64,000 nt of DNA from Clostridiales bacterium. Its GTDB lineage: Bacteria > Bacillota > Clostridia > Christensenellales > UBA1242. The translations under genes were made by a program, and so were the position numbers. Numbering within the stretch: position 1 is the stretch's first letter; each line of letters begins with the position of its first letter. The DNA is taken from positions 84,883-148,882 of the forward strand of contig CAKJYJ010000003.1 of NCBI GenBank assembly GCA_918262735.1, given 5' to 3'. The notes under the pieces are model-generated. The model was not told the DNA's origin. It was given only the letters and a program-made list of their open reading frames with translations, and ran no database searches. Below, one piece after another: positions 57,764-64,000 of this stretch.

Positions 57764-58465
57764 ATGGATTTAAGTAAAATTCTAGAGTATCAAAAAAGAG
57801 ATTCAGAAATATTTAAGCTTGAAAGGCAATTAAACAATAATGAAAATAAAAAAATATATACACAGATGATTTCTGTTGTTAAAGATGCCCAAAATCAAAG
57901 TGCAGCGCTTGAGGCTCAGGCTGGTCAGATTATTGCAAGTTATGAAAATCTAAAAAAATCATATTTAGATAATTCAAAATCAACCGGTGCTGTTGCAGGA
58001 AAAAATATTGACTCACTCTCTGTTGAAGAATTGTCTGCGATGGAAAATGTTACACAAACAATATTGAATAATCTTTCAATTTTAGAGAAAAAACTTCTTG
58101 GTGAAGCAGAAAAGGTTAGAACGGTTTTGCAGGAATTTGAGAATGCAAAGAAGAGGTATAATTTAGCAAGGGATAAATATAATAGCCACAAACAAGCATT
58201 TGATGAGGAGAGCAAGAGTATTCAACCACAAATTGATGAAAAAAATAAAGAATTAAAATCACTTGAAAATGGAATAGACCCTAGTTTGCTTGCAAAATAT
58301 AAACAAAAAAGACTTGAAAGAATATACCCAGTTTTTGTTCCATGCACAGACAAAACATGTGGTGGATGTAGAATGGAACTACCATCAGCAAGTCTTTCAA
58401 TACTAAAAAAAGATGGAATTTTAGAGTGTGAGCACTGCAGAAGAATAATTTATTCGCAAGATTAA
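57764..58465 (+). CDS. Coiled-coil protein with a C-terminal C4 zinc ribbon (COG1579/DUF164-like)
   Basis: Long coiled coil followed by CGGCRMELP...CEHCRRIIY. Confidence 0.6.
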   Translation: MDLSKILEYQKRDSEIFKLERQLNNNENKKIYTQMISVVKDAQNQSAALEAQAGQIIASYENLKKSYLDNSKSTGAVAGKNIDSLSVEELSAMENVTQTILNNLSILEKKLLGEAEKVRTVLQEFENAKKRYNLARDKYNSHKQAFDEESKSIQPQIDEKNKELKSLENGIDPSLLAKYKQKRLERIYPVFVPCTDKTCGGCRMELPSASLSILKKDGILECEHCRRIIYSQD

Positions 58466-58515
58466 TTGACATAATTAAAAAAAAGAATTAAACTCATATG
58501 TGAAGAGAGGAACAT

Positions 58516-58926
58516 ATGGGTTTTTTTAATAGTTTTTTAAGAGGACTGGGTTTTGAAGATGAAGAAGAAACCCCAAAAGCCAAAGTAAAAGAGAAAAAAG
58601 ACAAGAAAGAAAAAAAAGTAACAGCATCTTTTGACTTAAACAAATTTGAAGAAGAAACTCTTGAAAAAAAAGAAGATAAAGAAGAGCAACCAACAGAGCA
58701 ACAAGCCAATGGTGCACAAGGTTCGTTTGAAATAGTTAATGTTAGTTCACAGGTTGATGTGCAAGAGGTTGTTAATAAATTAAAAAAGGGTGATAAAATT
58801 TTAATTAATTTATCAAAGTTATCTGGTAATGACTTAACGCGTTCTCTAGATTTTTTAACTGGTGCTGTTTATGCACTAAATCTTGGAATGCAAAAAGTTG
58901 ACGGAATGGTATATTTAATTCAATAA
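58516..58926 (+). CDS. sepF: Cell division protein SepF
   Basis: N-terminal MGFFNSFLRGLGF amphipathic helix, charged linker, and the DUF552 core (LINLSKLSGNDLTRSLDFLTGAVYAL). Confidence 0.8.
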   Translation: MGFFNSFLRGLGFEDEEETPKAKVKEKKDKKEKKVTASFDLNKFEEETLEKKEDKEEQPTEQQANGAQGSFEIVNVSSQVDVQEVVNKLKKGDKILINLSKLSGNDLTRSLDFLTGAVYALNLGMQKVDGMVYLIQ

Positions 58927-58937
58927 GGATAAAACAA

Positions 58938-59453
58938 ATGAATAATAATAAAAGTAAATTTCAATTAATAAAATATGATATTGCAATACTTTTAATTTGT
59001 GTAATTGTTGTTGCAATAGACACAATAGCAAAACTTATAACAGATGGTGAAACATTAGATGGCATACCAGGTTTCATTAGTATTTTTTCAACACATAATT
59101 TTGGTGGCGCTTGGAGTATTTTTAGTAATGCAACGCTTGTTTTAACAATAACATCAATTGCACTTTTAGTTGTAATTTTGTTCTTCAATGCAGTATATAA
59201 GGATAAATCTGGACTATACACATTTGCAATTGGCCTTGTTTGTGGAGGTGCGGTTGGAAATATAATTGATCGTGTGTTCTTGGGCTATGTAAGGGATTTT
59301 ATTAAGTTGGAATTTATGAAATTTCCAGTTTTTAATATTGCTGATTGTGCAATAACAATAGGAACAATACTTCTGTGTATATACTTTGTTATATTCACAA
59401 AAAAAGATAAAAAACAAGAAAAACAAAATCTTGAAGATAAAACAGATAATTAG
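58938..59453 (+). CDS. lspA: Lipoprotein signal peptidase II
   Basis: Four TM helices. GGAVGNIIDR and FNIADCAITIG motifs. Confidence 0.88.
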   Translation: MNNNKSKFQLIKYDIAILLICVIVVAIDTIAKLITDGETLDGIPGFISIFSTHNFGGAWSIFSNATLVLTITSIALLVVILFFNAVYKDKSGLYTFAIGLVCGGAVGNIIDRVFLGYVRDFIKLEFMKFPVFNIADCAITIGTILLCIYFVIFTKKDKKQEKQNLEDKTDN

Positions 59454-59472
59454 CCACTTCACAAAGGGATGT

Positions 59473-60399
59473 ATGACATATAACTACATTGTTAATGATG
59501 AAAATAATGGAAAAAGGTTGGATATTTATATCCAATCAATTTTTTCAAATTTAACGCGTTCTCACATAAAAAAGTTGATAGAAGACGGATGTGTTCAATA
59601 CAATAATAAAACTGTAAAGTGTGGTGAAAAAATTAAGTTTGGAGCAAATATCAATGTTACAATTGAAGAACCTAAACCATTATCTGTTGAGGCTGAAAAT
59701 ATAAAACTTGATATTGTTTACGAAGATGATGATTTGGCTGTTATAAATAAGCCAAGTGGAATGGTTGTGCATCCTGCAAATGGGAATACTAACGGAACAT
59801 TAGTTAATGCACTTTTGTTTAACTTAAAAAATTTAAGTGGAATAAATGGCATAATTAGACCTGGTATTGTTCATAGATTAGATAAAGACACATCTGGTCT
59901 ATTAATTGTTGCTAAAAACGACATTTCTCATGTTAATCTTGCAAAACAAATAGAAACAAAAAAGTGTCATCGTTATTATCTTGCTCTTTGCAATGGAAAT
60001 TTTAAGGACGATGTAGGCATTATTCAAACAGGATATGGTAGAAGTCCAAAAAATAGAAAACAAATGGCTGTTTTTGACTTGGGTGAGGGTAAAAAAGCCA
60101 TAACAGAATATAGGGTTATTGAACGGTTTGGAAATTATACTCTTGTTGAATATAAGTTGCAAACTGGTAGAACGCATCAAATAAGAGTTCATTCAAAATA
60201 TATTGGCCATTCAATTGTTGGTGATTTAACATATGGTGTAAAAAACAAAGAATTCAAAACAAATGGGCAATTACTTCATGCATATAAAATTGAATTTGAA
60301 CAACCAACAACAAAAAAATGGCTAACATTTGAAACAAAATTACCAGAAGAATTTGAGAAAATATTAAATATATTAAAAAGTAAGAAAAAAACTAATTAA
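59473..60399 (+). CDS. rluD: RluA-family 23S rRNA pseudouridine synthase (RluD-like)
   Basis: S4-like N-terminus (RLDIYIQS...SRSHIKKLI) and catalytic HRLDKDTSGLLIVAKN. I prefer the ATG at 59473 because the longer ORF overlaps lspA. lspA-rluD synteny. Confidence 0.88.
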   Translation: MTYNYIVNDENNGKRLDIYIQSIFSNLTRSHIKKLIEDGCVQYNNKTVKCGEKIKFGANINVTIEEPKPLSVEAENIKLDIVYEDDDLAVINKPSGMVVHPANGNTNGTLVNALLFNLKNLSGINGIIRPGIVHRLDKDTSGLLIVAKNDISHVNLAKQIETKKCHRYYLALCNGNFKDDVGIIQTGYGRSPKNRKQMAVFDLGEGKKAITEYRVIERFGNYTLVEYKLQTGRTHQIRVHSKYIGHSIVGDLTYGVKNKEFKTNGQLLHAYKIEFEQPTTKKWLTFETKLPEEFEKILNILKSKKKTN

Positions 60400-60588
60400 A
60401 TTAAAAATTTACAGTTATTAATAAAATATTGATAATTGTATTTTTTTTTAATAAATATAGTTAATTTCCGTTATTTTGATTGGGAGAAAAATATATTTAT
60501 GTATTTATTATTTTTTAAATAATATATACATTTGGATTGCATTTATTTTTTTTTTGTGTTAGAATATCAACAAAGGTGGTAGCAATTT

Positions 60589-61011
60589 ATGATTATTGAC
60601 GAAATTAATAAAGCAAATGTTCAGGCATTTAAGGAAAGGAACACAGTTGTTAAAGATGTTATTAGCGTTATTAAAAGCCGAGTAAAGCTATTAGAGGTCG
60701 AGAAGAGAACAACTGGAACAGAACTTAAAGATGCTGATGTTGTTCAACTTATTCAAAAATTAATAAAAGAGTTGTCAGAAGCGATCGAGAATTATAAAAA
60801 AGTAAATAATGCTGTTGAGGTTGAAAACCTTGAAAAACAAATAGCTTTTTGTCAGGGGTATTTGCCAAAAGCATTGTCTAAAGATGAAATTAAAAACATA
60901 ATATTATCTTTGGACGATAAATCAATCCCAAATGTAATGAAACATTTTAAAAACAACTATGCTGGCGCTTGCGATATGAGAGATGTTCAAGAAGTATTAA
61001 AATCACTATAA
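60589..61011 (+). CDS. GatB/YqeY domain-containing protein
   Basis: 140 aa. The pattern ...AFKERN...VISVIKSRV... and C-terminal LP..LS.DEI match the YqeY family. AAGGTGG RBS. Confidence 0.8.
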   Translation: MIIDEINKANVQAFKERNTVVKDVISVIKSRVKLLEVEKRTTGTELKDADVVQLIQKLIKELSEAIENYKKVNNAVEVENLEKQIAFCQGYLPKALSKDEIKNIILSLDDKSIPNVMKHFKNNYAGACDMRDVQEVLKSL

Positions 61012-61019
61012 GGAGAAGA

Positions 61020-61721
61020 ATGAAAATTTTTGCAATTTCCGATTTGCATCTATGTTTAAGTGGTGCAAAACCAATGGAAATATTTGGTGATGCTTGGGAT
61101 AATTATTTAGAGCAAATTAAAGAGGATTGGCAATCAAAGGTCGGAGATGACGATATTGTTTTAATGTGTGGAGATATGTCTTGGGCATTAAGACTTGATG
61201 AGGCAAAAAAAGACCTTGAATATGTGTCATCATTAAACGGCAAAAAAATAATAATAAGAGGTAATCACGATTATTGGTGGAAAAGCATATCAAATCTTAG
61301 GGCAGAACTTCCAAAAGATATTTACCCGCTTCAAAATGATGCAATTAAGATTGGTAATTATATAATTTGTGGAACAAGAGGGTGGACCGTTCCTGAAAAA
61401 AACAGGCAACAGACTGAAGAAGATGAAAAAATATACAAAAGAGAACTAATACGGCTAGATTTATCATTATCATTTGCAAGTAAACTAAAATGTAGTGAAG
61501 ATGATAAATTGATTTGTATGTTACATTATCCGCCATTTAATTCTAGTTTAGAAAATAGCGATTTTACAGAGATTCTGGAAAAGTATAGTGTTGATAAAGT
61601 AATATATGGACACTTGCACGGAAATACCTGCAGGAGCGTTAATTATACAAACATCAATGGTATTGATTATTTTCTAACCAGTTGTGATAAACTAAAAAAT
61701 AAGTTAGTACAAATTTATTAA
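61020..61721 (+). CDS. Metallophosphoesterase family protein
   Basis: ISDLH, CGDMSW, RGNHDYWW and GHLHG motifs. AAGGAG lies before the ATG at 61020, which I prefer to 60969. Confidence 0.75.
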   Translation: MKIFAISDLHLCLSGAKPMEIFGDAWDNYLEQIKEDWQSKVGDDDIVLMCGDMSWALRLDEAKKDLEYVSSLNGKKIIIRGNHDYWWKSISNLRAELPKDIYPLQNDAIKIGNYIICGTRGWTVPEKNRQQTEEDEKIYKRELIRLDLSLSFASKLKCSEDDKLICMLHYPPFNSSLENSDFTEILEKYSVDKVIYGHLHGNTCRSVNYTNINGIDYFLTSCDKLKNKLVQIY

Positions 61722-61732
61722 GGAGAGTGTAT

Positions 61733-64000
61733 ATGGAACCAAGTTTAATATCTTTGATTATTGATGGAGTGTTTGGTGTATTTATTCTATTTGGCTTTTT
61801 ATTTGGCCTTAGGGGAATAAAAAAGGCAACAAAATCACTTGTTACGTTTATTGTTAACATCATTGTTGTTTTAATAATAACGCCAATGGTGTCAAAATTG
61901 CTTCTAGGCATAAAAATTGCAGGGTTATCAGTATATGAAAGAATATATAACGTTGCAAAACAGGCAGTTGGTGAAGAACTTGCGGCAAATAATATTGTTC
62001 AGGAAGTAATTAAAAATATACCAGTTTTAATTGCAGACATTGTTGTTGCAATAGTTCTTTTGTTCTTGGTTGGTATCTTAATTAGGATAATTGCCGGAAT
62101 AATTGGTTTAATTGTACACAGAAAACCAAAAGAAAAAGTTGTGGAAACTGTTGAAATGGTTGACGGGGAGCCACAAGTTGTTAAAAAAACTGTAAAAGAA
62201 AAGAAGTACAGGCTTGCAGGTGGATTAGTTGGAGCTGTTCATGGTTTAATTTTGGTTTGTGCAATTATTCTTCCACTTTTTGGGCTTGTTAATATTTTTA
62301 ATGATTTATCAGGCGTTTCTTCCGCAAGTGCTGCAACAGAATCATCTAATAACATGCAGATTAAGCCAATGGATGAATTAATTCAAGATTATGTTCCAGA
62401 AGAGGCTTTTGATTACCTAAAAGGTGTTAATAATTCGGTTTTCTTCAAATTAAGTAAAACTGCAAGTATGTCTGAATTGGCATTAAATTTTGTTTCTAGA
62501 TGCAATATTAATGGTCATACAATTAGGCTTGGAAATGAAATTAGAACGCTTGCTAGTGCATATGATAATTTTGTTGATTTTGCCTTAAGTTCAACCTCTG
62601 AACTTGAGAATTATTCGCCACAAACAATATTTAATGACGTTGTTGATAATCCAGGTAATTATGATTTTAATAAATTAGATAAATCAATAGATGCTTTATT
62701 TAATTCAAAAATTGTTTTGGCTCTTGGAAACGATGTCATGATATTTGCTGTTGACACGGTAAACAATCAAATTACCGATGTTGAAACAACAAAGCTGTTA
62801 GACCACGTTAGCGTTGCGTTAACAAATTATTCAAAAGCAAGATATGATATGAAAGAGGATTTCAAAAATCTCGTTTCTTTCTTTGAGGTTAGTGCAAACA
62901 GTGGTTTAATTGCCGAATTTAAAAAACCAACAATTGAGCTTGCGGGAATTAAAACAAAGTTATTTAATAATGATAATAGATTGTTAAATCAATTAACACA
63001 AAAAATTTCAAATTCAAATTTGTTGCAAAAATTAATATTAGAGGGAACAAATTATGGTGTTGAGAGATTAGAAACAATATTGAATAACAATCTTGTTTTT
63101 GATGGCACCGACCACGTTTCTCTAAAACAAATTGATTCATCAAAGAGATATGTTATAACAGCAGAGCAGTTAAATGACATTGTTGTAACAGGTATTGATG
63201 GTTATGAGGCAATTGAGGGGCTAGATTTTAATGCAATTTCAAATGATTTTTATGTAATATTTGATGGAGATGTTGTTGAACTTACTAAATCGGTTGGTGA
63301 ATTAGTTGCTTCTATTACTGATTTATCAATGCTAAAAGATACTGGCGTTTTTGATAGTGTTTGTGATAGTCTTGCAAAAACAAAATATTCAGAATATGTT
63401 AGCTTTGATGAATTAAAGAATGGCAGAAACATATCAGGACAATTTAACTTATTATCTCAATCTATAAAAGAGTTAGTCGATTCTGGTGTTATTGCATCAA
63501 TCAGAGACACAGCCGTAACAGGAAGTGAAAAAACTAATGCAATAATTGATAAACTTGCAGAAGTTGTTGAAGAAAAAACAAGAGCAAACAGGATATTGGT
63601 TCCAATTCTTAACTGTAATGTATTTAAGAACACAGTTATTTATGGTATGAACTACCTTCATGATGAATTAGAATCTGGTTTAAAATCACTAAACGAAAAC
63701 GCTGAAATTTCAAAATTTAACACTTCAAACATATTAACCAACGCAGAGAACCAAAAGTTATTATCAATGGTTGATAATATGGTTACATTCTTAAAGGATG
63801 TTGATATTGGGGCTTTGGGTGCTGATGACGTTGTTGAAACAATAGTAAACAGTGACCTTTCTCTTCTTGGTAATGCATTAGATTCATTAAAATCAACAAC
63901 ACTATTCTCACCATCTGGTCAAAACTTGGGTGCATATGTTGATATATTAAATGCATTACAAGAAACAGAATTTGCAAAGATATTTGATTTTACCATTGCA
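61733..64000 (+). CDS. Large protein with a CvpA-like N-terminal membrane domain; the 3' end runs past the window (not in the ORF track)
   Basis: AAGGAG lies before the ATG at 61733. I read the frame codon by codon to 64000 (756 codons) without a stop. The N-terminus LIIDGVFGVFILFGFLFGLRGIKKA plus further TM helices resemble the colicin V production (CvpA) family. The remainder is a novel soluble region. Confidence 0.5.
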   Translation, partial: MEPSLISLIIDGVFGVFILFGFLFGLRGIKKATKSLVTFIVNIIVVLIITPMVSKLLLGIKIAGLSVYERIYNVAKQAVGEELAANNIVQEVIKNIPVLIADIVVAIVLLFLVGILIRIIAGIIGLIVHRKPKEKVVETVEMVDGEPQVVKKTVKEKKYRLAGGLVGAVHGLILVCAIILPLFGLVNIFNDLSGVSSASAATESSNNMQIKPMDELIQDYVPEEAFDYLKGVNNSVFFKLSKTASMSELALNFVSRCNINGHTIRLGNEIRTLASAYDNFVDFALSSTSELENYSPQTIFNDVVDNPGNYDFNKLDKSIDALFNSKIVLALGNDVMIFAVDTVNNQITDVETTKLLDHVSVALTNYSKARYDMKEDFKNLVSFFEVSANSGLIAEFKKPTIELAGIKTKLFNNDNRLLNQLTQKISNSNLLQKLILEGTNYGVERLETILNNNLVFDGTDHVSLKQIDSSKRYVITAEQLNDIVVTGIDGYEAIEGLDFNAISNDFYVIFDGDVVELTKSVGELVASITDLSMLKDTGVFDSVCDSLAKTKYSEYVSFDELKNGRNISGQFNLLSQSIKELVDSGVIASIRDTAVTGSEKTNAIIDKLAEVVEEKTRANRILVPILNCNVFKNTVIYGMNYLHDELESGLKSLNENAEISKFNTSNILTNAENQKLLSMVDNMVTFLKDVDIGALGADDVVETIVNSDLSLLGNALDSLKSTTLFSPSGQNLGAYVDILNALQETEFAKIFDFTIA

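Noticed and set aside
1-64000. Alternative genetic code with TGA read as Trp or Gly (tables 4 or 25), considered as an explanation for the missing TGA stops
   Set aside because: All conserved proteins are full length under the standard code, Trp is encoded by TGG, and no gene appears split at a TGA. TGA looks avoided rather than reassigned in this window, so I report it as an open observation instead.

Overview
This is an AT-rich chromosomal segment from a Bacillota-type, probably endospore-forming, bacterium. It is densely coding: 52 of the 57 genes I call lie on the + strand. The backbone consists of housekeeping blocks in Bacillus-like order: der-plsY; nrdR; rlmH-tadA; yqfC-yqfD-ybeY-era-yqzL-recO; rnhB-yraN; rpmB divergent from asp23/DAK2 (yloU-yloV); alr-rsmD; ssrA (tmRNA); ppdK; dnaG-sigA; and sepF-lspA-rluD. 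Accessory material is interspersed among these blocks. It includes three BspA-like leucine-rich-repeat surface proteins that share an N-terminal domain, and a GLUG-repeat surface protein. It also includes an acyltransferase-GT8-GT8-acyltransferase cassette next to a membrane-tethered XRE regulator. Downstream of ssrA lie a duplicated tmRNA 3' end (an att-like scar), a GNAT gene and a two-gene partner-switching module. That module pairs a STAS plus kinase-like fusion with a membrane PP2C plus RsbW-like kinase fusion, and no sigma factor is nearby. Two window-wide patterns stand out. None of the 57 stop codons is TGA (38 TAA, 19 TAG). Five genes have a -10 element 6-8 nt before the ATG with no Shine-Dalgarno sequence, suggesting leaderless mRNAs. 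I found no rRNA, tRNA, CRISPR array, transposase or integrase. All function calls rest on motifs and synteny read by eye, with no database search.
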